NCBI RefSeq assembly: GCF_006345805.1
Contig: NC_043000.1
Coordinates: 38,812,001 to 38,876,000 of the forward strand
Direction of reading: 5' to 3'
Source of the DNA: Octopus sinensis
Taxonomy: Eukaryota
DNA: 64,000 nucleotides
The number at the start of each line of letters is the position of its first letter. Within the stretch, counting starts at the first letter, position 1. The position numbers and the translations under genes were made by a program. Shown in pieces: positions 12,061 to 23,538 of this stretch. Below the pieces are notes generated by a model. That model saw only the letters and a list, made by a program, of their open reading frames with translations, had not been told where the DNA came from and ran no database searches.

Positions 12061-13689
12061 TTATCACCAACCACAAGACAAATCCCATGCTAACTCTATA
12101 AGCATAGAATAGTTATATACATTATAATAACTCTTTTAAAATTTAGCACAAGGCCAGCAATTTTAGCAAATGTGAAGTTAGTCTATTACATCAATCCCAG
12201 GATTATTTTATCGGTTTTCACAAGACAAAGTTGACATTCGCAGTATTTGAACTCAAAACGTAAAGTACTGATACAAGTCCAGCAACTTTGAGAGAAGAGC
12301 AGTTAATTGGTGCCACCAAACCCAGTGCTGAACCGGTACTTTATTTTGAGGGGAGGGCATTAATCGATACACTCGACTGAAGTACTCGAATGGATATTTA
12401 GTTTATCGATCCCGGCGGAGTGAAAGATTAAGTCGAACTTGGTAGCATTTCAGCACAGAACTCAAACCACCGGAAAACTGTTTATGAGTCCTGCTGTTTG
12501 TGTTCGTTTGTGCTCTATCTTCAAATGTGGCCGAGTTTGATTTTGTCTTTCATCCTCCTCGGTAAAATAGAAGTAAAAATAAAGTAAACTACGGGAACAA
12601 TCCTCCGTAATGCTTTTTTCCCAACGTGGTAACGATTCTTTCAGCTCATTGCTTAACTCCAGTTTGACTGAAACTAGCGACAAGTACATAGAAATCATAT
12701 ACTTCTACAAGATCGCACATTACCGATTGTCAGTATTCTGGTTAAAGATTTTCAGGACTAATATGATACATGAAGCTGCACGTATTTACAGCGTCTGCCC
12801 TATATGTATATATAAAAAATTATTTAAAAGAAGTAGACTAGGATTAAGGAAATAATCTGAGTCAAACAAAATAAAGTGGTTAACATAATAAAAGTAGAAA
12901 GAAAAAAAAAACTATTTTGTTCGATATTGTATTACGAAGCAATTAGATGAAAACCACAAAGTCAACATGCTGAGGGGAATACTTATCAACACAATATAAA
13001 ATAACACGGGAGTAAACAGAAGAAGGAGGAAAAAATGAAAGGAAATAATAAATGCAGAAATTAAAAATAAAGATAAAAGAAAAAAGGTATTTGTTGATGG
13101 AGAAGTAAGCTAGTTTCAAAGAAATGAATAGAAAACTCCGGACTATAAAAACGGACAAAGAAGACTTGATTTCAAGTGTTCAGGATTATTGGTTGCTAAC
13201 AAAGACAAGCATTTGAGCACAATATGAAATCAAGAGGCTAATGGCGTTAACAGAATGTGAAATTATCGCTATAATACAATTGCCGATTAATCCTTATCTT
13301 AATCACAAGGATTCACTTGTGCTTAACTTTAGTTTCCGTGGTGATGGGTAGATGAGAAACACGCCTTACCAGGGATAGCTTGCTATTCTGTCGAACGTAG
13401 GTGCTTCTGCAGTCAGAGAAAATCTGGATAAGGTTCTGAAAGCCATTATAATACCAGTTTATACATAAGTACTATTGATACTTGCAGGTCTGCGGTGTAT
13501 TGTGTGCCAAGAAGGAAGCATCTAGGTGACCATTTAATTTGCCAGAAATAGCTAACAAATTTCCCTTAATCCATGTTATTGCCTCTTAAACTGCCAAAAG
13601 GAATACACTAAATAATATACTCCTCTCATTTTTTTTCTTGAGCCCTGAGACTCAGAGGTCTGGTTAACCTGTTTCCATCACATATTTCT

Positions 13690-13906
13690 TTATTGCCCAC
13701 AGAGCGCTAAACATAGAAGGGACAAACAAGGGGATTAAGTCGATTACATCGACTCCCAGTGGTTGACTGGTACTTATTTAATCAGCCCCGTAAGGATGAA
13801 AGGTACAGTCGACCTCGGTGGAATTTGAACTCATTACGTAACAGCGGGCGAAATACCGCTAAGTATTTCGCCCAGCGTGCTAACGTTTCTGCCACATCGC
13901 CGCCTT
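13690..13906 (-). mobile_element. SINE family B
   Basis: GGGACAAACAAGGGATTAAGTCGATTACATCGAC...GTCGACCTCGGTGGAATTTGAACTC...GCTAACGTTTCTGCC. Confidence 0.85.
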
Positions 13907-14876
13907 AACATATAAGTGACCGAGAGTACAATATTCTCCCTGAACAGGACAGCGGTCTGTTGTAGGGTTCAAATTTTGAGGGGAGAGAACAAGTCGATTA
14001 GATGGACCCCAATGCTTGAGTGGTAATTTATTTTATCGTTCACCCACCCAACGGATATGAAAGATTCCGGCATTCGGGCTCAGAACTTAAAAAGTCAGAG
14101 GAAATGTAGACAGATATTTTGGTCCTATATGCTAACGATCCAACCAGCTAACCACTTTAAAATTCTCCTGGAAAAGCGAATCTTTATGACTGAGAAGTCT
14201 TTAATGAAAACCTTGTTCGATCAGAATTGATTTGGAGCTAAACAATCACTGTAAATCAGGTGATACTGGTCCTTGTTGAATCCGAACCTCAAAACATTTA
14301 GATGATTGCTTAAAAACTTATCCACTTGGCCATAGATTCTATAAAGTGGAAGCATAAAATAAGCCATGTTTAAATTAATCAAATCACCTTCTCTTAGGCT
14401 GAGAAGCATGTATTGATTCCAGGTAATAAACAGAAAAGTGCTAGTGAAGAGTAATAAGGAAAAGTACGAATAGATATTTCTTTGGGACGAGAGAATAATT
14501 GGTTTTATGGACTGAGAAAAGAGGAAGGAAATAGCAACAATTTTTATCCCATCAAAACCGTGAGATATTCTTAATAATTTTATGGATATCAGCACGTTTT
14601 TTAACAATAGGAATACACATTGCTGAGTGGTTAAGAAACTCACTTTGCATCCACGTGGTCTCAGGTTCAATCACACTGCTCGGAACTTTAGTCTTCTATG
14701 CTCCCTTGTGAGTGAATTTAGGACAGCAAAACTCAGAGGAGGCTTGATTTATGTGTGTCTGCGTGTGTTTGCTTGTTTGCTTGTGTGCGAGTGTGTAGGT
14801 GTGTGTGTATGTGTGTATGTTTTTGTGCGTGTGTATGTGTGTTTTGTGCGTATGTCTGTGCGTGTGTGTGTGTGTG

Positions 14877-15066
14877 CTTTCTGAGCCTCAATCTCACCAG
14901 CAAAATTTGGAGTCACGTGTTGACATCATGAGGCCCGACATAATCGCCGCTTTCTGAGCCTCAGTCTTGCAAAAGTTGGAGTCATATGCTAAGATTATGG
15001 GGCCCGACTTAATCTCCGCTTTCTGAGCCACAACTTGCAAAAGCTGGAGTGATGTGTTGAAATCAG
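14877..15066 (+). repeat. Minisatellite, about 69-73 bp unit, about 2.7 copies
   Basis: Units start with CTTTCTGAGCC at 14877, 14950 and 15019, and share GCAAAA.TTGGAGT and GGCCCGAC.TAATC.CCG. Confidence 0.85.
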
Positions 15067-15751
15067 TGTCTGACAGTGAATTGAAATATGAATCCATTCC
15101 AATAAATTCCCTGATTAAATCATTGTACGAAGACTACGTGTTCGGCATGAGATATACCTGAATAATTTCATGAAATTTTTTTTATTATATACCATAACAG
15201 AAACTTGCTTTGCAACCATTTGTTTCATCGTTCATACCACAGCGCGGCACCTTAACCAAGCGTCTTCTATTATTGCTTAAGACAGACTAATAATTAAGTG
15301 AATTTGGTAGATGAAAACTGGGAGGAATATGTCGTATATGTGTATATGGTTACGTTGAGTTTGCCCCTCAACCGCTTTTGGGAAATCGGTGTTGATTTGT
15401 TTACGTATCTGTGACTTAACGGTTCAGCAAAAAAGAATCTGGGAGAATAAGTAGCAGACATTGAGACAAATAATTACTGGGTTCGAGTTGTTCAATTTGT
15501 CCCCAGCACGACTGCAGTACAATAACTGAAGGAAATAAAAGACAGAATTGATAATAGAATCCCTCCGCAAAATAAGCGGCTACACGATCACAATGAATTA
15601 CAGGAAAACAAGAATTTCTTCCAAAACATTACCAAGTCAACGAAACGAAAACAAAGAAGTAATCGAATTCACACAAAAAAACACTACCAAAGAATTCATG
15701 AAAGAGAAAGTGAAGGAAAGGTAAAATGGATATTAATGATTATGGCAATGA

Positions 15752-16799
15752 GGAAGGCGGCATTTCGTCTGTCTTTACGTTCTGAGATCAAATTTCACCG
15801 AGGTTGACTTTGCCTTTCATCCTTTCGAGGTCGACAAATTAAGTACCAGTTACGCACTGGAGTCGATGTAATCGACTTAATCCCTTTCTCAGTCCTTGTT
15901 TGTCCTTTCTATGTTTAGCCCCTTGTGGGCAATAAAGAAATAAGAAACGCCGGGCGAAATGATTAGTGGTATTTCGTCCGTCTTTACGTTCTGAGTTCAA
16001 ATTCCGCCGAGGTTGACTTTGCCTTTCATGCTTTCGGGGTCGATTAAATAAGTACCAGTTACGCACTGGGGTCGATATAAGCGATTTAATCCGTTTGTCT
16101 GTCCTTGTTCGTCCCCTCTGTGTTTAGTCCCTTGTGGGTAGTAAAGAAATAGGTATTTCATCTGCCACTACGTTCTGAGTTCAAATTCCGCCGAGGTCGA
16201 CTTTGCCTTTCATCGTTTCGGGGTCGATTAAATAAGTACCAGTTGCCCACTGGTGTCGATATAATCGATTTAATCCGTTTGTCTGTCCTTGTTTGTCCTC
16301 TTTGTCTTTAGTCTCTTGAGGGTAGTAAAGAAATAGGTATTTCGTCTGTCTTGACAGCCTGCGTTCAAATTCCGTCTTGGATGACTTTGGCTTTCATTCT
16401 TTCGGGGTCGATAAATAAGTACCAGCTGCGTACTAGGGTCCATCTAATGGACTGGCTCCCTCCTCAAAAGATTTCGGGCCTTGTGCCTATAGTAGAACAG
16501 AATCGTTAGAGTTCAAATTCCACCGAGGTTGACTTTGCCTTCTCTCCTTTAGGGCTCGATGAAATAAAGTATCAGCTGACATTGGGGTCAATATAATTGA
16601 ATTACACCCCGACTAAAACTGTTGGCTTTTGCCAAAGTTTGAAACTAAAGGCGGCGAGCTGGCAATAACTTACGGAGCCGGATAAAAATGCTTGGCGGCA
16701 TTTCTTCCGACTTTACGTTCTGAGTTCAAATATTCCGGTACGGTTGACTTTGCTTTCATCTTCTTGGGGTCGATAAAATAAGTACCAGTTGAGTACTTA
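15752..16799 (+). mobile_element. Head-to-tail array of SINE family B units (about 6 units)
   Basis: The ACGTTCTGAGTTCAAATTCC-type motif recurs at 15777, 15986, 16170, 16354, about 16510 and 16715. Internal units have a 184-bp period and are joined at AAAGAAATAG|GTATTTC. Confidence 0.9.
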
Positions 16800-16892
16800 T
16801 GTACTTAAAGCTTCCCCCCCACCACCAAAACAAATTGCTGGCCGTGTGCCAAAATTCAAAACCAATAGTTTATAGCAGTGAGGAGGATGACT

Positions 16893-17000
16893 GTGATGAT
16901 GATGATGGTGATGATGATGATGATGACGACGACGACAACGACTCCAGCGATGATGATGATGAAATTGGCGATGATGATGATGATGATGATGATGATGATA
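16893..17000 (+). repeat. (GAT/GAC)n microsatellite
   Basis: Direct reading. It explains the poly-D and poly-M ORFs in the track. Confidence 0.95.
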
Positions 17001-17865
17001 AATATATATAAGACAAATGTTAAGAGATGGAGAAATAGAAGCAAGAGAGGCACTGTAGCAATACTTTGAAAAAAAAGCTATTTCAACAAATGTAATTCTA
17101 GAAGACAGAGTAAGGAAAACGATATGAAGGAGAGGTTATTTATGAATCGCTTTAGCATGAAATGAGAAACTTGAAAAAATCGATGAAGAAATCCAATTGC
17201 ATTCGTTTCAAATGTTATATAGTAGTTATCATCAACTAAATATACATTGACGCTGTTGTTTTAAGAAACGGTGCGAATTGCTCCTATTTCCGGATAAAAC
17301 ATACATTTTGCCATTATCATCATCAAATTTGTAAGATGTCTAAAAAAGTTAATTTATGATTTTATCTTCCTAACGAAAAAGAGAAAAGAAAGTTGATTTC
17401 AATTTGTTCCTCAAATACAGTTGTATAAACCGAGATTAATGTCCCGAAAGCATCAAAATCTACAAACAAACAAAAATTCTGGAATGAATTATTTAGACAA
17501 AGAGAACACGGTCTGAGATTTGAAACGCATCTAAATTTGAAAGGTATCATGTATTCACCTCTTTACTCAAAAGCCCATTAGGAAATGTAAATGTAATGGA
17601 GTGAAGTATCTTAGGTCAGGAAGAGAAATCGTAGGATGGATTCCGTTTTCAGAACACTTTCCACCTGCTAGAATACGCCACAGACACAAAAAGTAAAAAG
17701 AATAGGTCCTACAATGTAACAAACAAATTCTGGCACATGCATTCGTTCACTAACAGTCTCTCTTTCTCCTCATCCACATTGCCATATGCATACACGCGCA
17801 TTAATAAACACATACACATATACCTACAACATATGGACATATATATATATATATATATATATAAG

Positions 17866-18096
<231 letters not shown>

Positions 18097-18138
18097 ATGC
18101 ATGTGCGCGAATATGTGTGTGTGTGTGAAATATATATA

Positions 18139-19326
18139 TTGGGTTGGCAACTAACTTCCCGCCGTTATTTTTTAAATTTGGGAATATATTGCGTTTTTAA
18201 ATTTTGGAATCTATTTTTTCGAGGATTCTATTTTTGAATCATTTTGGAATCTATTCTTTTTCTAGTTAATTTTAGTTAAGTTTTGTTTATTTTCGGATCA
18301 TTAAAATGGATGTGAAGTTAATAAAAACGAGCGGTTTTGACACCTTCTTTTTACTTTTAATCAAGGTTCTAAGGCCGTAAAAGCTGCTCGCGACATTTGT
18401 GCTGTGTATGGAGAGGGTGAAAGAACCGCTCATGATTGGTATGTCAAGTTCAAAAATGGATATTTTGACCTCAAAGTCTCACTTCGTTCTTTCCGTTCAG
18501 TCGAGTTCTATGAAGAGCGATTAAACCGACTTTTACACGAAAATTCTCGTCAAATAACAAGGGAACTGGCAGAGAAAATAGAATGCTTCTACACTGCTAT
18601 AGAGAAGCATCTTCACTCGATGAGAAAGGTTCAGAAGTATGGAGCATGGGCTCCGCATGCTTTAAGTGACAGCAAAAAAATCAATGAGCCACAATCTTCG
18701 CTGGTTTGCTTGCTGGTTACCGCTCAACTCATGGACACAAGCAACAATTTCTTTACCGAATCGTTACTTGCGACGAAAAAGGGTGTCTGTACATCAGTAT
18801 GAAGCAGCGTAAGAAATGGCTTAGCCCAGGTAAACAAGCGACACCGCGCGTGAAGCAAGATCTTCCCAGTAAAACGATGTTGTGGTGGGACTGGGAAGGG
18901 ATTATCCATTACGAATTGCTTGAACGGAACCAAACGGTCAACGCGGAACTCAATGTTCAACAGATGGAACGACTCAACACGGCTGTTCATGAGAAAAGAC
19001 CTAATCGTTAGCATGAAATCCTGCTGCACGACAACGCCCGCCCTCATATCGCCAATATGACCAAGGAAGCCATTCAAACGCATGGCTAGGAAGTGCTGCC
19101 ACACTCCCTGTACACTCCTGATTTGACACCAACGGATTTCTACCTCTTTGGATCTCTTTCAAATGCTATACACGGAGTTTCGTTCAGTACTGATGCAGAA
19201 TTGAGAGCTTGGTAGGATCAATTATTCCAGTCTAAATCGAGTGATTTCTATCAACGGGGTATTGAAAATCTTGTTGAAAGTTGGGAAGAAGTCGTAAACA
19301 ACAAGAGTGGATACATTATTGATTAA
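18139..19326 (+). mobile_element. Mariner (DD34D) transposon with pseudogenised transposase; 5' TIR present, 3' TIR missing
   Basis: TA is followed by the TIR TTGGGTTGGCAACTAA at 18139. The transposase runs from ATG 18307 to TAA 19326 with frameshifts and stops: WAPHALS, IVTCDEKG, HDNARPH, YTPDLTPTDF, and the C-terminal WEEVVNNKSGYIID*. Confidence 0.95.
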
Positions 19327-19473
19327 TTAGCTGTTTTTTTTTATAGAAAAACAAAGACGAAGACAAATGTATGAACAACAAGAAGTCGTAAACAACAAGT
19401 GTGGATACATTATTGATTAATTAGCTGTTTTTTTTTATAGAAAAACAAAGACGAAGACAAATGTATGAACAAC
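19286..19473 (+). repeat. 94-bp tandem duplication covering the mariner 3' end
   Basis: AAGAAGTCGTAAACAACAAG...ATGTATGAACAAC occurs at 19286-19379 and 19380-19473, nearly identical. Confidence 0.9.
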
Positions 19474-19514
19474 ACACATGTTTATTAGTTTGATGTTCAG
19501 GAAGAATCAAAAAG

Positions 19515-19552
19515 TCTTTTACGTTTCGAGCCTTAACTCTTCGTCAGAAAGA
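19515..19552 (-). ncRNA. Minimal type I hammerhead ribozyme (Penelope-associated type) with canonical core
   Basis: The minus strand reads UCUUU CUGACGA A GAGU UAAG GCUC GAAAC GUA AAAGA. Stem I is 5 bp, stem II 4 bp, stem III is the palindrome ACGU, and the cleavage triplet is GUA. Confidence 0.7.
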
Positions 19553-20040
19553 AATAAGAGAAAATATACAGAGAGAGAATTAAAAATACGTGTAGATTTT
19601 AGAGGACCCATGTTTGCTCCTGTGATTAATTTTCCACTAATTTATTAAGATCTCTGGTTGAGGCACAATTTTGAAGGGAGGGGTGAGTCAGTAGACGTCA
19701 TTGATATCACTACATCGCTATTCAGATCTCCATGTTTACGTGGATGTTGTGTTAGAACACAAAATACTGCGTTACTTACAATGATCGAATCTCTCTCACG
19801 TATTCGTGGAGCATAAAAGCACTCGGCATTATATCATTGACTGACGAAAAGATATATATATCTTTAAATCTTTATTATCTTTAGATTGTTTTAGCTTTAA
19901 AGCTGCGCTCATGCTGGGGCACCACCGTTTGTTGTACTATACCATTATTTGAAACCTCGTCTAATGAGTTTATGTGTGTGTGTGTGTGTTTTAAATACAT
20001 ATATATATATATATACATACATATAGATATAAACACCCAC

Positions 20041-20108
<68 letters not shown>

Positions 20109-21359
20109 CGTGTGTGTGCGTGTTCATAAATACTCAGGGAGTTGGTGGAGGCTGAGACTGAACAAGTAACTTCAGGTTGAAAAGTAAAAGAATGGTAATG
20201 AGTGAGGAAGAAAAGTTTTAAAATAGATAGAAAACGTAATGGAATGATGGAATAAAAGAATAAACGAATGCAGGTAAAAGATTGCAATGTTTTCTCTGCA
20301 TGCCTGCTAATGCTACAATCAATAGAGACATTTACATAATCAAGATATATCTGCTTAACTGTGCAGCAATTACTGGAAGCTAAACATTGCTGAAGTTGGC
20401 CGCAGTGTCCTTTTGCATTGGCAAGTCTTCCAGTTCACGAAGAACAATAAATTTTAATCTCAAAGGAGGCGAAACGAAATCTCTTCATTCTGCTTCACAT
20501 GTTTTGCAGTCTTAAAGTGAATACTGAAAATGTTTGCTGCCGTGATTAATTATCTACTAATTCATTATGGTCTCTGCTTTAAGCATAACAGCAACGATTT
20601 TGAAAGTAGAGGAGAGTTAGTAGATGTCATAAATATCACTACTTGGTTATTCTGGTCTCCAGGTTCACGTGGACGTGGTTCTCAAATTAGTTTGGGGCTG
20701 CCGCCACCTAGGCCACATTACTAGCGTCTCCATCCCAATAAACCATCACAAATATAGACTTCTTTCTGAAGCAACTTCAAAGGAACTGTATTTCACAAAT
20801 AAAACTTAACCTAAGAAAGCCATTATTTTGTTGTTTTTACCTGAATCGCAACTCTATCATCACCCCTCTTTTTACATGAATTGCTACACCATTACCCCCT
20901 CACTTCTCTTGAACGTCCATTTGGAACTTTCCAGCGCCACCCGGGGAGCAATACCACTGTATTAGAACACAAAGTATTGTGTTGTTTAGATTGAACGAAT
21001 ATCTCATACGTGCTCGTGGAGCATAAAAGCACTCGCATGATTTCAACTTGCTACAAGATCCTCAGTAAAAGATTCCAGCAGCGCAATAACAGCCGACTCT
21101 CCCGTCAGCGATATAGAAAATCTCAGTTTCTATTCGGGCACTGGTGGGGGAAAACAGCCAGTGGACTTGATAAAAAAATTATTAATTGCGATTGAAACAG
21201 TATTAATACCAAAAACCAATCTTGATCTTCAGCTTAAAGTGGAGGTTGCGTACCCTTATCAGATGGGTAGTTATGATGGATATATTGGGCTTCGTATATT
21301 TGTACCCTAGTGTCACTTTGATGGCATGTGCTGCTCTCTCACTCAATAATAATAATAAC

Positions 21360-21422
<63 letters not shown>

Positions 21423-21776
21423 CTGCAAAAACCTGGATTTGCCCCATGAAAAAAACTGGTGGGAACACAAACCACCTCCAGTGCTTGAAAATGACCACAT
21501 CTCACTCCTCTGGAACTTCCCCATTCAAACTGACAGAAAGATAGATGCAAGTAGGCCAGACATCATATTGAAAGACTTCAAACAAAGAATATCCCTCCTC
21601 ATTGATATGACTGTCCCAATCGATATAAACGTATCTGTCAAGACCTACCAAAAACTGACCAAATATAAAGATCTTGAAATAGAAATCAGCAAAATGTGGA
21701 ACCTGAAGACGAAAACAATACCTGTTGTCATAGGTGCCTTGGGAATGATAGCAAAAGGGGCTGATTGCTACCTAAC
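21423..21776 (+). mobile_element. R4/Dong-clade restriction-like endonuclease fragment, 5'-truncated at (AAT)n
   Basis: KNWWEHKPPPVLENDHISLLWNFPIQTDRKIDASRPDIILKDFKQRISLLIDMTVP..KLTKYKDLEIEISKMWNLKTKTIPVVIGALG shows the RPD..ID..P..K..KY..L pattern. Confidence 0.9.
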
Positions 21777-21940
21777 AAAGGAGAGGCCGGTCGATTACAT
21801 CGACCCCAGCGCTCAACCGGTTCTTGTTTTAGCGACGTCGAAGGAATGAATGGTAGAGTCGATCTATGTGGCATTTCAACTAGGAACGTAAAGACGGACG
21901 AAATGCCGCAAAGCGGTAATGATTCTGCCACCTCACTCCC

Positions 21941-21942
<2 letters not shown>
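21775..21942 (-). mobile_element. SINE family B
   Basis: GTCGATTACATCGACCCCAG...GGAATGAATGGTAGAGTCGATCT...GATTCTGCCACCTCACTCCC. Confidence 0.75.
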
Positions 21943-21972
<30 letters not shown>

Positions 21973-21973
<1 letters not shown>

Positions 21974-22527
21974 TGCCCTGATGCAGTACCAGGCAGTGGC
22001 TCTCATGGCTTCTGATCTTAACTGATTGGAAGTGTTATCATGTACATTGTTTTGTCTTGGTATAAAAGATGGCTACAGCAAATATTCTGCTCAATACCAC
22101 AGATTTGCTTGTCAGTTGTTTGACCTTAACCAGTTGAGCATGTCCCTTAGTGGCTGACGATATGTGCATCTCTGATCACGAGCAGAAGTAGTGGGGGAGC
22201 ATCATAGCCATGTGTTGAGAGGGATTCTTTGGGGTTTGAATAGTTCACCTCTGGAAACATGGGTGGTTCTTTCAACATCCTTAAACAACCCTTATTCAGG
22301 GACCTTTTGAGCGGTATGGGCTACTCAACCCGAAGAAATTTCTAACTGGGCCCCACCTGCAAGGTCATGTGCTGTTTATCTTGATATGAGATCACCATGT
22401 CGCGCACACGTGGTTGTGATGCATGTGCCTGGTGTACCTTTATCAGACGGGTAGTCATGATGGGTATACTGGGCTTCGTATATTTTACCCCAGTGTCACT
22501 TTGATGGCATGAACTGCTCTCTCACTC
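21973..22527. mobile_element. 555-bp non-coding interspersed element flanked by (AAT)10 and (AAT)16
   Basis: Its last ~90 bp (CTTTATCAGA.GGGTAGT.ATGATGG...CTGCTCTCTCACTC followed by AAT repeats) recur at about 21252-21344 and 24150-24242. Confidence 0.7.
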
Positions 22528-22577
<50 letters not shown>

Positions 22578-22909
22578 AAAACCATTTGGGTGACTATAAA
22601 CGTCGGTTGATTGCCTCGGAAGAATATGCTAAAATAATCAAAAACAAAATTTTTTAAATGCAGAAATCGTTCTGGCTATTTCTGTGTATGTAATGTTTGT
22701 AACAGTTTATTGATTATTGTCTCGCGCAATTAATGTATAACAGATGTTTCATGGGGTCAATGACCGGACGCTATGTGTAAACAAGCTGCTATCGTTTAGT
22801 ACCGATATAGTTTTTTGTTTTTTTCTTTCTCCACACAAAATGTGACGCAAGCACTTAAAATATTGACATTCAGTCTAAGGTTAAATGAAAAATGCATTGC
22901 TTTGGGTAT

Positions 22910-23180
22910 ATTTTATCTTTTACTTGTTTTTGTCATTATACTGCGGCCATGTTGGGGCACCGCCTTATAGAATTGACACCAGCAATTATTTCTTTACGCC
23001 TGGTACTTTTATATGTATATATATACGACGACGAGCTTCGTTCAGTATCTGTCTACCAAATCCAACTTTCGGTAAGCTATATTAGAGGACACTTGAACAA
23101 GATACCACGCAGTGGGACCGAACCTGGGACCATGAGATGGAGAAGCAAATTTCGTTCCACACTGTCACACCTGTGCCTAC
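22910..23180 (-). mobile_element. SINE family A, internally deleted
   Basis: CTGCGGCCATG.TGGGGCACCGCC...TTCAGTATCTGTCTACCAAATCCA...ACGCAGTGGGACCGAACC. Confidence 0.75.
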
Positions 23181-23338
23181 TCGAGTCTGGTTTATAAAAA
23201 TAAGGAAAATAGAGTTTTTAAAATTAAAAAAAAGTATGAATACGATTGGTACATAATGTATTTGATGGTACATAAGGCAAAACTTTTACTCAAGTCAAAA
23301 TGTCGCTGATGTAGACGGTTTGATTAAACAATCTGCCG

Positions 23339-23538
23339 GGTTAGCCAGATGCCACACTTTGGCGCAGCGGAATATGCTAGAAGACATGGCAGTACTATAT
23401 AATACGGTGCTTTTATCGCTTCGCGAACATTTGGGGTTTTCTGGTCTGATAATATATTCGCATCTGTATCGTTTTTTGGCATCAATGAAATTAATTCCAG
23501 CTGAGCATTGGGATCGATGTAATGGACTTCACCCCACT
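23339..23538. repeat. Left arm of a 200-bp perfect inverted repeat
   Basis: Reverse complement of 24861-25060. Confidence 0.95.

Larger units (their letters stand above)
20637..21942 (+). repeat. Source copy of a ~1.3-kb duplicated segment (second copy at 23535-24831)
   Basis: Identical ORFs at offset 2898 (21010..21195 and 23908..24093). The copies differ by two AAT units and three single-base homopolymer indels. Confidence 0.95.

Noticed and set aside
12462-12698. 78-aa ORF
   Set aside because: The C-terminal half is an antisense SINE B remnant, and the donor site is weak.
15752-16799. CRISPR-like regularly spaced repeats
   Set aside because: The whole ~184-bp unit is repeated with no unique spacers, it is a Pol III SINE, and the context is eukaryotic.
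21328-21849. 173-aa ORF as a host gene
   Set aside because: It is a chimera of (AAT)n, a retrotransposon endonuclease fragment and an antisense SINE.
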